A stretch of 64,000 nt of DNA from Acutalibacteraceae bacterium (GTDB taxonomy: Bacteria; Bacillota; Clostridia; Oscillospirales; Acutalibacteraceae), in NCBI GenBank assembly GCA_045587645.1, contig JAZNCO010000099.1, positions 63,398 through 127,397 of the forward strand, written 5' to 3'. The position numbers and the translations under genes are program-made. The stretch's first letter is position 1, and each line of letters begins with the position of its first letter. The notes below the pieces were generated by a model, which saw only the letters and a list, made by a program, of their open reading frames with translations, was not told the DNA's origin and did no database searches. This document shows positions 27,636 to 38,882 of the stretch, piece by piece.

Positions 27636-29111
27636 TTATTCTGCAGAAAGCTTTCTGATATACAGCTTAAAGAAACGGACAGCATCCTCAAGGGCAGCCA
27701 CCGGAATGCGTTCATTTGTACCATGCGTACAGAGAAGAAGCTGTGTGTCAACAAGGAACGGAGAATATCGATAAATATTTTCACAAACAGCCTCATAATG
27801 ACAAGCATCGGTTCCGCCCATAACAAGATACGGAGCAATTATGCTTTTGGGATTCATCTGCGAACAGATTTCACGCAATGCATTGAAGCATCTTGAGTCT
27901 GTCGGAGAAATAGCAGAGGGATTCTTCCATCCCGGCTTAACAGTGATTTCAGCTTTTTTATTTCTGATGACCTTACGAAGATGCTTTTCTACATCTTCAA
28001 TTGTTTCCCCCGGATACATTCTGAAATTGACATTGACACTCGCCTTCTGCGGCAACACATTCGGAGCAGGACTGCCGCTTGCCATTGTAACACCCGTCGT
28101 TGTTCTGACCATGCTTGCAGCAGGTGGAATCAAGGTCATAACCTTCTGAATTACAGGCTTGAGCAACGGCAGATTGCACATCACAAGACGCAAAGGATAT
28201 GTCATTCGTCTGCCGACAGAATCAAAAAGTTCCATCATCATAGGCGACAGCTCTTCCTTGAACTGATGATTTTCAATGTCCTGAATTACACCTGCAAGCT
28301 CTCCGATTGCAGAATGCTTGGGCGGCTGCGACGAATGTCCGCCTTTTGCAGAAATCGAGACCTCGACATCTGCATATCCTTTTTCAGCAACACCGATTCC
28401 GGCAAGCTGTGCATCAATGACTCCTTTTATATGAACAGGCAATATTGCACCGCCCTCATCAATAACACAATCAAGATGAATGCCGCGTTCCTTGAAATAC
28501 TGACACATTACTACAGCACCGGAATACTCAGCAGTCATAACCTCTTCATTATGACCGAAGCAAAGATATACATCACGGATCGGCTCAAAGCCTTCCTCAA
28601 GCAAGGACTCAACACTTTCCATCACACCGATCAGATGGTTTTTCATATCAAGCGTACCGCGACCCCATATAAACACCCCGTCATCAATACCATCAAACGG
28701 AGCATACGTCCAATCCTGCAAGGTACCGTCAGAAATCGGCACAACATCCTGATGCGATAATAACGCAATAGGATCAAGATCGTCTCTTTTACCCTTCCAA
28801 CGATAAAGCAAACTGCCTCGAACAGGTTCCTCAAGAGTCAGATGCTCATGAATCAAGGGGTAACGTTCCTTTAAAAATGCATGAAATCTGTCAAACGGCT
28901 CCCAATTTATATCGTCAGGATTTTTTTCAGCTATCGTCGGAATTTTAACAGCATCCGACAAATTCCTTCTGAAACGATCAAGATCAACAGCCTCAGGAGT
29001 GTATGCAGTAATTTCCTTTTTCTCAGGTTTGTATGCAGCTGCACGAACAGCATTGATACCTGCCAATGCTGCAACCGCTGCAGAAGCACCGATAATCTTT
29101 TTCTTATCCAT
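27636..29111 (-). CDS. M20 family metallopeptidase / carboxypeptidase with an N-terminal anchor
   Basis: LLSHQDVVP, GRGTLDMK, HNEE and a dimerisation-domain pattern typical of M20/M25/M40. Confidence 0.75.
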   Translation of the reverse strand: MDKKKIIGASAAVAALAGINAVRAAAYKPEKKEITAYTPEAVDLDRFRRNLSDAVKIPTIAEKNPDDINWEPFDRFHAFLKERYPLIHEHLTLEEPVRGSLLYRWKGKRDDLDPIALLSHQDVVPISDGTLQDWTYAPFDGIDDGVFIWGRGTLDMKNHLIGVMESVESLLEEGFEPIRDVYLCFGHNEEVMTAEYSGAVVMCQYFKERGIHLDCVIDEGGAILPVHIKGVIDAQLAGIGVAEKGYADVEVSISAKGGHSSQPPKHSAIGELAGVIQDIENHQFKEELSPMMMELFDSVGRRMTYPLRLVMCNLPLLKPVIQKVMTLIPPAASMVRTTTGVTMASGSPAPNVLPQKASVNVNFRMYPGETIEDVEKHLRKVIRNKKAEITVKPGWKNPSAISPTDSRCFNALREICSQMNPKSIIAPYLVMGGTDACHYEAVCENIYRYSPFLVDTQLLLCTHGTNERIPVAALEDAVRFFKLYIRKLSAE

Positions 29112-29128
29112 ATTATAAATCTCCTTTC

Positions 29129-30508
29129 TTATTTCGTCTTTTTCTTATCAATCACTTCGTAGCCTTTGACGGTATGTATATTCTTGCCTTTGAATTTTTT
29201 TGAGGGAGAAAAGAAATACATATAACCGAAAAATATGCCGGCTGCGAGGACAAGAATGCCAACAATAATTAAAAACACAGGATGTGTAATAAGATCAGTC
29301 AGACTTTCACTGATGAATCTTGAATAACTTCGTTCCACATCAAATGAAGCCACAAGGTCAACTCTCGCAATTTCCTCATCTGCATAATAAATTGCAGCCG
29401 TACCAAGCACATCTCCCTTGTGTACAGGGGCATCCACTTCCGTTTTTGTCAATTCTTTAATGGAACGGATGTAAACCGAATCAGCATCAATTCCTTCCGG
29501 AACAAGAGCACTGACCTCTATCATGGGAACAAGACTGACATAATCGTAATCAGCAGAGTGTTTAACCTTGACTTCATCTACTACGGTTGATGTTCTGACA
29601 ACTACGCGAAGCTTCACATTGTCAAATATCCAATCGTACAATTTAGCAGTATCAACCATTGCCATATTTTCCGTACTTTCATCTTCATCATAGTCAAAAT
29701 CCGGTCCGGCAAGCACAACAGCAAGATAAGAATAACCGTCTTTCGTTGCTGTGGTAACGGCATATCCGAGATTATTGCTGTCAGTTGCAACCTTTCCCGT
29801 TACAACCTCGGGACAGTAATAATCAGAATAATTATAATCCATACACAGATTCGTAGTGTGAAGATAGCGTGTTTCATAATATAAGTTGGTTGCAGGCATT
29901 TTATAATAATCCATTCCTGCCAGCTGTGCAAAATAATCACCCAAGAGGCATTTTTCATAAATCAAAGCAAAATCTTTTGCTGTGGTATACTGATCCATAT
30001 CCTCCAGACCATTCGGATCTGCAAAGTGGGTGTTTTCACAGCCAAGCTCAGTTGCAAATGAATTCATCTTGTCAACAAACGCGGAAATCGATTCACCGCC
30101 AAAGTGATAAGCCAGCACATTACCGGCATCCGCAGCATTTGCAATCATCATACAATATAATAATTCCTGTACAGAAATAACCTCACCCACCAGAATACCG
30201 ACACGAGTACAGGAAACCGTATCAAGAGCCCTGATAGGCGTAGCAGGAACAGTAATCAGCTGTGAATAATCATCACATAATGTTATGACAAGATATGCAG
30301 TAACGACCTTTGCAAGAGATGAGCAATTGACAATTTTTTCTGCATTCTTTTCATAAATTACAGTTCTGTCAGCATCAAGACTGTAAACATAAGCAACTTC
30401 TGATTTTGTTTCAATTGCACTCGTAAAAGCCGCATTGGCAGAAAAAGGCATACAAGCAAACAGAATTCCAAAAATAATTGAGAAAACAGCAAATTTTTTC
30501 ATAGACAA
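29129..30508 (-). CDS. D-alanyl-D-alanine carboxypeptidase (S11 serine peptidase) with a C-terminal TM anchor
   Basis: Signal peptide ending SANA, an SxxK motif (SLAK), and a C-terminal hydrophobic helix followed by a basic tail. Confidence 0.75.
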   Translation of the reverse strand: MSMKKFAVFSIIFGILFACMPFSANAAFTSAIETKSEVAYVYSLDADRTVIYEKNAEKIVNCSSLAKVVTAYLVITLCDDYSQLITVPATPIRALDTVSCTRVGILVGEVISVQELLYCMMIANAADAGNVLAYHFGGESISAFVDKMNSFATELGCENTHFADPNGLEDMDQYTTAKDFALIYEKCLLGDYFAQLAGMDYYKMPATNLYYETRYLHTTNLCMDYNYSDYYCPEVVTGKVATDSNNLGYAVTTATKDGYSYLAVVLAGPDFDYDEDESTENMAMVDTAKLYDWIFDNVKLRVVVRTSTVVDEVKVKHSADYDYVSLVPMIEVSALVPEGIDADSVYIRSIKELTKTEVDAPVHKGDVLGTAAIYYADEEIARVDLVASFDVERSYSRFISESLTDLITHPVFLIIVGILVLAAGIFFGYMYFFSPSKKFKGKNIHTVKGYEVIDKKKTK

Positions 30509-30562
30509 CCACCACCAAATGATGTATTATAATAATGAAAATTTATTTTGAGAGGATTTACA

Positions 30563-31255
30563 ATGATATATATTACAGGCGATATGCACGGCGATGAAAA
30601 CAGAGTTTCCAAAAGCAGACTCAGCATGATGAAAAAAGGAGATACACTCATCGTCTGCGGTGACTTCGGTTTTCTGTGGGATGACTCACAGCAAGAAAGA
30701 ACAATCAGAAAAAAACTTGAAAAGCGAGATTATACAATCTGCTTTATTGACGGTACACATGAAAACTTTTCCTTACTGAACCGCTTCCCTGTTGTAGAGT
30801 GGAACGGAGGTCTGGCTCGGAAGATTCAATCTAACATTTATCACCTGATGCGTGGACAGATGTATACAATTGACGGAAAAAGAGTATTCACCATGGGTGG
30901 CGGTGAATCTCCTGATGTTGATATTCTTGAAGGTGATATCAGTGATAATGACAGATTGGCTATCCCTACAGACAGAGAGCTGCTTGACGGCGTCAATCGA
31001 ATGGAGCAGGCAGGCTTTTTATGTGATTACATCATCACACACGAGCCACCGTCAAAAATCAAGGATTTCCTTCTTCTCGGTGAACGCACACCGAGCCGCA
31101 TAACGGCACTCAATGCCTATTTTGATGAATTACAGGCACAATGCACATACAAATGCTGGTATTTTGGCAGTATGCACATTGATAAATTCATCTCTTCCTC
31201 ACATTGTGCAGTATTCAAAACCATCATCAATGCAAGGACCGGTGAAAGACTTTAA
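30563..31255 (+). CDS. Metallophosphoesterase family protein
   Basis: IYITGDMHGD, VCGDFGF and ITHEPP motifs. The ATG at 30563 follows GAGAGGA. Confidence 0.7.
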   Translation: MIYITGDMHGDENRVSKSRLSMMKKGDTLIVCGDFGFLWDDSQQERTIRKKLEKRDYTICFIDGTHENFSLLNRFPVVEWNGGLARKIQSNIYHLMRGQMYTIDGKRVFTMGGGESPDVDILEGDISDNDRLAIPTDRELLDGVNRMEQAGFLCDYIITHEPPSKIKDFLLLGERTPSRITALNAYFDELQAQCTYKCWYFGSMHIDKFISSSHCAVFKTIINARTGERL

Positions 31256-32370
31256 TTTCGCAGTGCAAGCAATCCGCTGACAGCCTCCTGCGGTGTATAA
31301 CCACCCGGAGTGCGATCAAAATTTTTGACAGCAGATATCCAACGCGAACAATACAATTCAGCATCTTCCCTGCTGATGTCAATGCAAACATCCGTTAACG
31401 AAGATATAACAGCATTGATTCCATCCTTATCTGTATCAAACAAGACGCAAACCGCTTCGAGTTTTTCGGGGCGGTATTTTTCTGCCTTCTCAAGCAGTTG
31501 CGGATGAAACGCAGTGCAGGCTTTGCCGTGAGGAACATTGTATTTTTCGGTCAGAATGTAACCTGCTGTATGCGGAAAAGCGGTTCCCGTAACATTGATA
31601 GCAAGTCCTGCATAAAGTGAAGCGGCATATAATTCATTTCGCATGGACGAATCTATTGAAATTTGCTTACTCTCATTCAGCTTTTTCAGATTCAGCCAAA
31701 GAAGCGACAACGCTTTGATTGCATACAATTCAGACAAATCATTGGCTGTATTGGAAAAATAAGACTCCAACGCATGTGCGTATGCATCAAGTGCAGTTGA
31801 AACGGTAATATTATAATTCGCAGTTGATGTATATTCAGCATCACAAAACGATACAGCTGCATAGCAATCAGCACCTGAAATGCTTTTTTTGAATCCGTCT
31901 GCATCTGTCAACACTGCAACACCCGTTACTTCACTGCCGGTACCGGCTGTAGTGCCGACAAGATATAAGGGCAGTCTTGCAGAAGGAATTTCGCGTTTGT
32001 ATATTGACCTGCAATCCAGTTTTTCATCAGCAGCAAAAATAGCAACAGCCTTGGAAGCATCCAATGCAGAACCGCCACCGATGCCGACTATAAAATCAGC
32101 TCCGAAATCACGTGCAATTTCACCTGCTTTATAACATGACTCTACCGTGGGATTTTCATTTATTTCAGAAAAAATGCGATATTCTGTATTTATCGAATCA
32201 AGAACATTGCATACATCAGCAAGCGCACCGCTTTTGAGGGCACCGCTTTTCCCCGTAACTAAAAGACATCTTTTACCGGCATTGCTCCAGATTTCAGCAT
32301 TATTTTTTACACAATTTTTTCCGCTAATCACTTTGACGGGCATATAATGGTTGATGATTCTCTGATCCAT
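31252..32370 (-). CDS. Iron-containing (group III) alcohol dehydrogenase family protein
   Basis: GIGGGSALDASKAVA and metal-binding His motifs. Divergent from glpK. Confidence 0.75.
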   Translation of the reverse strand: MDQRIINHYMPVKVISGKNCVKNNAEIWSNAGKRCLLVTGKSGALKSGALADVCNVLDSINTEYRIFSEINENPTVESCYKAGEIARDFGADFIVGIGGGSALDASKAVAIFAADEKLDCRSIYKREIPSARLPLYLVGTTAGTGSEVTGVAVLTDADGFKKSISGADCYAAVSFCDAEYTSTANYNITVSTALDAYAHALESYFSNTANDLSELYAIKALSLLWLNLKKLNESKQISIDSSMRNELYAASLYAGLAINVTGTAFPHTAGYILTEKYNVPHGKACTAFHPQLLEKAEKYRPEKLEAVCVLFDTDKDGINAVISSLTDVCIDISREDAELYCSRWISAVKNFDRTPGGYTPQEAVSGLLALRN

Positions 32371-32456
32371 AATCAGAACTCCCTTTTAAATTTATAAATA
32401 TTATATCTAAACAATATAGAAAAGTAAATTGTTTTTTTAATTTTTTTAATATTTTC

Positions 32457-32485
32457 TTGACAAACGCTGTTCATGAGCGTAAAAT
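32457..32485 (+). promoter_or_regulatory. Sigma-A promoter of glpK
   Basis: TTGACA, a 17-nt spacer, then TAAAAT. Confidence 0.55.
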
Positions 32486-32516
32486 CATTTTAATAATCAT
32501 AAAGGCAGGGTTGCAT

Positions 32517-34025
32517 ATGGCAAAATACATCCTTTCCCTCGACCAAGGCACAACAAGTTCACGTGCAATTGTTTTTGATAAAACCGGCAGCATTGTTGCC
32601 AAGGCTCAACACGAGTATCCGCAGATCTATCCGAAGGCAGGATGGGTTGAACACAATCCTTTTGACATCTTGAAAAGTCAGTTACGCGCGTTGGCAGATG
32701 CACTTATCAACGGACAGATCGAAGCCAAGGATATTGCTGCGATCGGTATCACAAATCAGCGTGAAACCACCATACTTTGGGATAAAACCACCGGAAAGCC
32801 CGTTTACAATGCCATTGTGTGGCAGTGTCGCAGAACTGCTGAAATGTGCGAAGCTTTGAAGAACGAAGGCTTGGGAGAATACATTCAGGATCATACGGGA
32901 CTTATCATCGATGCTTATTTCTCAGGCACAAAAATAAAATGGATCCTTGATAATGTACCCGAAGCAAAGAAGCTGGCTGACGAAGGCAAGCTTTTGTTCG
33001 GAACGGTTGACACATGGCTGATCTGGAATCTTACAGGCGGTCGAGTTCATGTTACCGACTATTCAAATGCAGCAAGAAGCATGCTGTTTGATGTAGATGC
33101 ATTAAAATGGGACGAATTCCTCTGTGATAAACTCGGCATACCCATGAGTCTGTTGCCGCGTGTTGTTCCGTCAAGTGATGTCTACGGTGCTGTTGCCCCC
33201 GGGATTCCCGGCATAGAAGCATTGGCTGGTGTGCCGATCTGTTCAGCAATCGGTGATCAGCAGGCTGCATTGTTCGGTCAGGCTTGCTTCAAACCCGGTC
33301 AGGCTAAGAACACATACGGTACAGGTTGCTTCCTGTTGATGAACACCGGTGAAAAGCGTGTTCGCTCCAGAAATAATCTTATTACCGGTATTGCATGGGG
33401 ATTGAACGGCAAGATTGAATATTGCATAGAAGGCAGTGCCTTCAATGCAGGCAGTGTTATTCAGTGGTTGCGTGATGAAATGCAGCTTATAAAAAGCGCA
33501 CCCGAATGTGACAAGCTTGCAGAAAGTGTTCCGGATGCAAACGGCATCTATCTTGTTCCTGCATTCACCGGCATGGGCGCTCCTTATTGGGATATGTATG
33601 CAAGAGGAGCCATTGTCGGCATGACAAGAGGCACCAATCGCAAGCATATCGCAAGAGCAGTTCTTGAATCGATCGCATATCAGATGACAGATCTGCTTGA
33701 AGCCATGACAGCCGATTCCGGCATTCAGCTTGAAGAACTCCGTGTAGACGGCGGTGCATCTGTCAGCAATATCATGATGCAGATTCAGGCAAATATGATC
33801 AATACAAAGGTCAATCGTCCAAAGACAGTTGAAACCACAGCACTCGGCGCTGCTTACCTGGCAGGTCTTGCAGTCAACTTCTGGGACAACAAAGCAGAAA
33901 TTGAAGCAATCCGTGAAGTTGATCGTGAATTTACTCCGCAGATTGAACAATCCGAACGCAATCGCATTTATGCCGGCTGGAAAAAAGCCGTTACTCGTGC
34001 AAGCGATTGGGAAGAACACAAATAA
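32517..34025 (+). CDS. glpK: Glycerol kinase
   Basis: [29 protein letters not shown] and [10 protein letters not shown] motifs. Confidence 0.93.
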   Translation: MAKYILSLDQGTTSSRAIVFDKTGSIVAKAQHEYPQIYPKAGWVEHNPFDILKSQLRALADALINGQIEAKDIAAIGITNQRETTILWDKTTGKPVYNAIVWQCRRTAEMCEALKNEGLGEYIQDHTGLIIDAYFSGTKIKWILDNVPEAKKLADEGKLLFGTVDTWLIWNLTGGRVHVTDYSNAARSMLFDVDALKWDEFLCDKLGIPMSLLPRVVPSSDVYGAVAPGIPGIEALAGVPICSAIGDQQAALFGQACFKPGQAKNTYGTGCFLLMNTGEKRVRSRNNLITGIAWGLNGKIEYCIEGSAFNAGSVIQWLRDEMQLIKSAPECDKLAESVPDANGIYLVPAFTGMGAPYWDMYARGAIVGMTRGTNRKHIARAVLESIAYQMTDLLEAMTADSGIQLEELRVDGGASVSNIMMQIQANMINTKVNRPKTVETTALGAAYLAGLAVNFWDNKAEIEAIREVDREFTPQIEQSERNRIYAGWKKAVTRASDWEEHK

Positions 34026-34057
34026 GTATATTTTTACCCTTTGGAGGTTATTTAATA

Positions 34058-35140
34058 ATGGCAAGAGTTTACAATTTTTCCGCAGGTCCTTCCATGTTAC
34101 CGGAAGAGGTTCTCAAAAAAGCGGCTGCAGAAATGCTTGATTACGAAGGCTGCGGTCAGTCCGTCATGGAAATGTCACATCGATCCAAAACCTTTGATAA
34201 GATAATCAAAGATGCTGAACAGCTTTTCCGTGAACTGATGAATATTCCTGACAATTATAAGGTTCTGTTCCTGCAGGGCGGTGCGTCCACACAGTTTGCA
34301 GCCATTCCCATGAACTTCATGAACAAGAACAAGAAGGCTGACTTCATCATCACAGGTCAGTGGGCAAAGAAGGCATATCAGGAAGCTGCAAAATACGGCG
34401 CTGCACGTGCAGTTGCATCTTCGGCAGACAAGACATTCTCTTATATCCCCAAGACCACGGCGGCTGATTTTGACAAGGATGCCGACTATGTTTATATCTG
34501 CATGAACAATACAATTTACGGCACAAAATTCCCCGAGCTTCCTGATGTCGGCGATATTCCGCTGATTGCAGATATTTCCTCCATGTTCCTCTCCGAGCCT
34601 GTTGATGTCAGCAAGTTTGCCGTTATTTACGGCGGCGCACAGAAGAATATTGCTCCTGCAGGTCTTACGGTTGTCATCATCCGCGAGGATATGCTCGGCA
34701 ACGCAATGGACATCACGCCCACCATGCTTAATTACAAAGTCATGGCTGACAATGATTCTCTTTACAACACTCCCCCTTGCTATACCATTTATATGTGCAA
34801 GCTTGTTCTTGAGTGGATCAAGGAACAGGGCGGCGTTGAAGCAGTTCATGCTACCAATATCAAGAAGGCTGACATTCTTTACAATTATCTTGATTCTTCT
34901 TCCATGTTCAGCTCTACCGTTGCAAAAGAAGATCGTTCTCTCATGAATGTTCCTTTTGTGACAGGAAACGATGAACTGGATGCTAAATTCGTCAAAGAAG
35001 CAACTGCAGCAGGTTTTGTGAATCTCAAGGGACATCGCTCTGTTGGCGGTATGCGTGCTTCCATATACAATGCAATGCCTGTTGAAGGCGTTGAGAAGCT
35101 TGTTGAATTCATGAAAGAATTCGAAAAAGCAAACAGCTAA
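34058..35140 (+). CDS. serC: Phosphoserine aminotransferase
   Basis: MARVYNFSAGPSMLPEEVL... is a typical SerC N-terminus. The ATG follows GGAGG. Confidence 0.9.
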   Translation: MARVYNFSAGPSMLPEEVLKKAAAEMLDYEGCGQSVMEMSHRSKTFDKIIKDAEQLFRELMNIPDNYKVLFLQGGASTQFAAIPMNFMNKNKKADFIITGQWAKKAYQEAAKYGAARAVASSADKTFSYIPKTTAADFDKDADYVYICMNNTIYGTKFPELPDVGDIPLIADISSMFLSEPVDVSKFAVIYGGAQKNIAPAGLTVVIIREDMLGNAMDITPTMLNYKVMADNDSLYNTPPCYTIYMCKLVLEWIKEQGGVEAVHATNIKKADILYNYLDSSSMFSSTVAKEDRSLMNVPFVTGNDELDAKFVKEATAAGFVNLKGHRSVGGMRASIYNAMPVEGVEKLVEFMKEFEKANS

Positions 35141-35157
35141 GAAAGGTCAAATTGATT

Positions 35158-36315
35158 ATGTATAACATTCTCACTCTCAACAAGATATCCGAAAAAGGTC
35201 TTGCGCGTCTTGATGCTGAAAAATATACCTGCATGAACGAAACCGATACTCCTGATGCCGTTATCGTCCGTTCTGCATCCATGCATGACATGGAAATGCC
35301 TTCTTCTCTGCTTGCAATAGCAAGAGCCGGTGCAGGTTACAACAATATTCCCGTAGCCGCTTGTACCGAAAAGGGCATCTGTGTGTTCAACACCCCCGGT
35401 GCAAATGCAAATGCTGTCAAAGAACTGGTTATCTGCGGCTTGTTCCTTGCCTCCCGTCGCATTGTTCCTGCAATCGAATGGTGCCGCACACTCAAAGGTA
35501 ACGGCGCTGAAGTCGGCAAAATGGTCGAAAAGGGAAAAGGCAATTTTGCAGGTCCCGAAATTCTCGGCAAAACCCTTGGCGTATATGGCATGGGCGCAAT
35601 CGGTGTTCTTGTTGCCAATGCAGCGGCTGCACTCGGCATGAAAGTCATCGGTTATGATCCCTATATTTCCGACAAGGCAGTTGCCGCCCTCAATAAATCC
35701 GTTTCATTGACCGCAAACGAAGAAGATCTCTTTGTTCTTTCTGACTATCTGACACTGCATGCACCCTTAACAGATTCCACCAGAGGTGTTGTCAATGCTG
35801 CAAACCTTGCAAAAGCAAAAGACGGTATCCGTGTTCTGAACTTTGCACGCGGTGAGCTTGTTGATTCCGCTGACATTATTGAAGCTGTGAACTCCGGCAA
35901 ATGTGCAGCATATGCAACAGACTTCCCCACCGATGAGCAGCTTGGAGTAGATGGCATCATCGCCATTCCGCATCTCGGTGCCTCCTCTCCCGAATCAGAA
36001 GAAAACTGTGCTATGATGGCAGCAGATCAGATCAGTCTGTATCTTGAAACCGGTAATGTAGTAAACTCCGTCAATCTCCCCTGCATCAGCAAGGAAGCCG
36101 ACGGCACTGCAAGATTGACCGTTATTTCTGCTGACAACAAAACAGAAGCAGTTCTCTCCGCACTGAATGAAAACGGCATCACAGTTAAATCACATATTGA
36201 TGCAGTTCGCGCCAATATCGGCTATGCAATCATTGATACTGATGACGCAATCAGCGAAGTAGCAACCAATGCTGTTAAGGCTGTAGACGGTGTCATTGCT
36301 GTCCGAGTAATCTGA
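35158..36315 (+). CDS. serA: D-3-phosphoglycerate dehydrogenase
   Basis: 2-hydroxyacid dehydrogenase fold (GVYGMGAIG NAD-binding motif) with an ACT-like C-terminus, directly downstream of serC. Confidence 0.8.
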   Translation: MYNILTLNKISEKGLARLDAEKYTCMNETDTPDAVIVRSASMHDMEMPSSLLAIARAGAGYNNIPVAACTEKGICVFNTPGANANAVKELVICGLFLASRRIVPAIEWCRTLKGNGAEVGKMVEKGKGNFAGPEILGKTLGVYGMGAIGVLVANAAAALGMKVIGYDPYISDKAVAALNKSVSLTANEEDLFVLSDYLTLHAPLTDSTRGVVNAANLAKAKDGIRVLNFARGELVDSADIIEAVNSGKCAAYATDFPTDEQLGVDGIIAIPHLGASSPESEENCAMMAADQISLYLETGNVVNSVNLPCISKEADGTARLTVISADNKTEAVLSALNENGITVKSHIDAVRANIGYAIIDTDDAISEVATNAVKAVDGVIAVRVI

Positions 36316-36327
36316 ATATAACATAAA

Positions 36328-36359
36328 AGACTTGCGCCATTGCGTGCAAGTCTTTTTTT
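36328..36359 (+). terminator. Rho-independent terminator after serA
   Basis: Stem AGACTTGC...GCAAGTCT followed by TTTTTTT. Confidence 0.7.
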
Positions 36360-36369
36360 GGGAGAAAAC

Positions 36370-37200
36370 ATGAATATCATAAAAACAAATATAAATATTG
36401 AAAATGTTGAACCTTTCACACTCATCCACATGAGTGATACGCACTTATGCCTTGCAGACAATCGAAATGATGAAAGAAAAATCGAGCTTGCTGAACGCAG
36501 AACAAAATCATTTCCGCAAGCCGAGAAAATGATTCAAGATGTCAATGCATTCAATCGTGACACCAATTATACAATTGTACATACGGGTGATTTGATTGAT
36601 TTTGTTTCATTTGCAAACCTTGATGCTGCAAGAGCGTTCACAGACCAAAATGATGTGTTTATGGCTGCCGGCAACCATGAATTCAGTCTGTATGTAGGTG
36701 AAGCGTTTGAAGATGAAGCCTACCGCAATCAGAGTCTTGCACTTGTACAAGACTCATTCAAGAACAACATACGGTTTGCATCGAGAAAAATCAACGGTAT
36801 AAACCTGATTGCGATAGACAATTCATATTATCGTATCGATCAGGAACAGCTTGAGCAGCTGAAAGCCGAATTATCTTTACCGATGCCTGCGATTCTGTTT
36901 TTACATGTGCCGTTATATACACCTGCAATGTACAACTGCATGCTCTGCGATCACCAAAGCAAGGATGCAGCACTGATGAATGTTCCTGAAGAAAAAATGA
37001 GCAGTTACAGCGACTACAGATACCGTCAGCAAAAGGCTGACAAAACGACAAAACAAGCATACGATCTGATTGTCAGCAGTAAAAATATAAAAGCAATTTT
37101 TACGGGTCATCTTCATTTTGACTATGAAGATAAAATTACCGAAACACTGACACAGTATATCACCGGCTGCACAACAAGCCGCATCATTTCATTTAACTGA
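36370..37200 (+). CDS. Metallophosphoesterase family protein
   Basis: HMSDTHL, HTGDLID, GNHE and LHVP motifs. Confidence 0.7.
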   Translation: MNIIKTNINIENVEPFTLIHMSDTHLCLADNRNDERKIELAERRTKSFPQAEKMIQDVNAFNRDTNYTIVHTGDLIDFVSFANLDAARAFTDQNDVFMAAGNHEFSLYVGEAFEDEAYRNQSLALVQDSFKNNIRFASRKINGINLIAIDNSYYRIDQEQLEQLKAELSLPMPAILFLHVPLYTPAMYNCMLCDHQSKDAALMNVPEEKMSSYSDYRYRQQKADKTTKQAYDLIVSSKNIKAIFTGHLHFDYEDKITETLTQYITGCTTSRIISFN

Positions 37201-37212
37201 ATAATAAAATTT

Positions 37213-37248
37213 AACAGCGTGTACTGCAACAAAACAGTACACGCTGTT
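37213..37248. terminator. Strong hairpin between convergent genes (probable bidirectional terminator)
   Basis: 14-bp perfect stem AACAGCGTGTACTG / CAGTACACGCTGTT. The flanking U-tracts are weak. Confidence 0.5.
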
Positions 37249-37255
37249 ATCTTAA

Positions 37256-38725
37256 TTATTGAACAGGAACAGCTTCAAGTTCTTTTTCAGCCTCCAGTTT
37301 CGCTCTGCGCTCTTTCAGGGTTGCCTCAATGTGCTCTCTCTTTTGTTTATCATCCTTCACAAAACTGATAATGATAAGATAAAGAACTGCGCCTACAACA
37401 GGACCAAGCACAAACATCGGCCACTGCCATTTGATAAATGTTTCATTCTGCGGTCTTCCCTGTTCCTTCGCATAACTGTCATAACCGAGACGTTTGAGTA
37501 TTTGGCCTTCAAGCATGGACGCGACACCGCTTTGCATTTTGGTTGTAAAGTTCTGCATGGAGAACGAAACACCTTCCGAACGGATGCCTGTCTTGTATTC
37601 AACCTCATCAATCGAGTCGCTGGTCAAGGAACGATGTGCAATATCCATCATGCTGCCGGGAAGATTGATGAGTGAAGTCAACACTGTCATGATAATAAAC
37701 TTCGGTAAAGAATTATAACCGACAAAATAAATAGCAACACGCAAGGCAATTGCCATAAACTGTGACGAAAGAAGAATCTTCTTCATGCCGCCCATTTTGT
37801 CTGCAATTTTGTTAGCAAAGAACATTGCAAATGCACCGGGAATACCTGCAAACAGACCATACATAAACTCCGCTGTCATGCCGTCAATTGTGCTTTCACC
37901 GACTTTCAGAGTGACACAATTCTCAAAGAAATATGCATTCTGAACCTTGGGGCTGAATGCCTGCGAAAAACGCGCAAACGAAATAAGAAGCAAAGTCGGA
38001 TTATGACGAAGAATGGTCAGTGATTGCCACAGGCTTTCTTCTTCCGGTAACTCGGCATGAATGCGTTCATGCATGCGATATGCATTCATGGAAAGTAATT
38101 CACCGCCAAGACCGAATACAAATGCACAGATGAGGAAAATATGGACATCCGAGACTCCCATCCCACCCAAAATGGAACGAACCTGTTGGAATGTGCCGAC
38201 TATGGCACCACCTGCGCCTGCACCGATGGAAACCCATTGTGCAACACGAGATCGCTCCTGTGAATGCGGTGAGGATAGTGCTATCATACCCCACAAGCTG
38301 ACATCCTGGAATGAATAGAACAAGTCAAACAGGAAGTACAGAACAAGAATATAGGCAACTTTTCCGTTTTCACTGAAATTGACATTAACAAACATCAATG
38401 AAACAAGAATGCCGAGAATGGGCGGTGTGAAAAGCAGATAGGGGCGCAGCTTCATATACGGCTTATACTTTCTTCTGTCCACAAAGCCGCCGACAATCGG
38501 GTCATTGATTGCATCCCAGACATGACTGAGTGAAAAAATGGCACCGACCTTGGCAGGGTCCATGTGCAAAAGATTGACACAGAAATACTTAAGCCAGCTT
38601 GAGGTATAGCTATAAGTCAGATTCTGTCCGGTCAGCCCCGATGCCAATGCAAAGATTTCATTGTTGGGGACATAGCCTTCCCCTTTTGTTTCTTTGGAAA
38701 ACAAAAAGAATGATTTCATAAGCAC
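37256..38725 (-). CDS. GPH/MFS-type glycoside-pentoside-hexuronide:cation symporter family transporter
   Basis: About 12 TM segments. The D..G...DR.....G..RP-like motif (DPIVGGFVDRRKYKPYMKLRP) is typical of MelB/GPH carriers. Confidence 0.7.
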   Translation of the reverse strand: MLMKSFFLFSKETKGEGYVPNNEIFALASGLTGQNLTYSYTSSWLKYFCVNLLHMDPAKVGAIFSLSHVWDAINDPIVGGFVDRRKYKPYMKLRPYLLFTPPILGILVSLMFVNVNFSENGKVAYILVLYFLFDLFYSFQDVSLWGMIALSSPHSQERSRVAQWVSIGAGAGGAIVGTFQQVRSILGGMGVSDVHIFLICAFVFGLGGELLSMNAYRMHERIHAELPEEESLWQSLTILRHNPTLLLISFARFSQAFSPKVQNAYFFENCVTLKVGESTIDGMTAEFMYGLFAGIPGAFAMFFANKIADKMGGMKKILLSSQFMAIALRVAIYFVGYNSLPKFIIMTVLTSLINLPGSMMDIAHRSLTSDSIDEVEYKTGIRSEGVSFSMQNFTTKMQSGVASMLEGQILKRLGYDSYAKEQGRPQNETFIKWQWPMFVLGPVVGAVLYLIIISFVKDDKQKREHIEATLKERRAKLEAEKELEAVPVQ

Positions 38726-38882
38726 CTCCGTAAATATTTACTTACAGTATAACATTTAAAACAAAAAATGTAAATAAAATTTTTAAAATTACTGCATATT
38801 TCCATTGAAAACACAGAATAATTATGATAATATTGAGAAGTTGTAATTAACGACTAATCAATATTCTCACGGAGAATTTTAA

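Noticed and set aside
33243-35035. Long minus-strand ORFs at 33243-34064 (273 aa) and 34175-35035 (286 aa)
   Set aside because: They are antisense to glpK and serC. The Cys-rich, low-complexity translations have no family resemblance.
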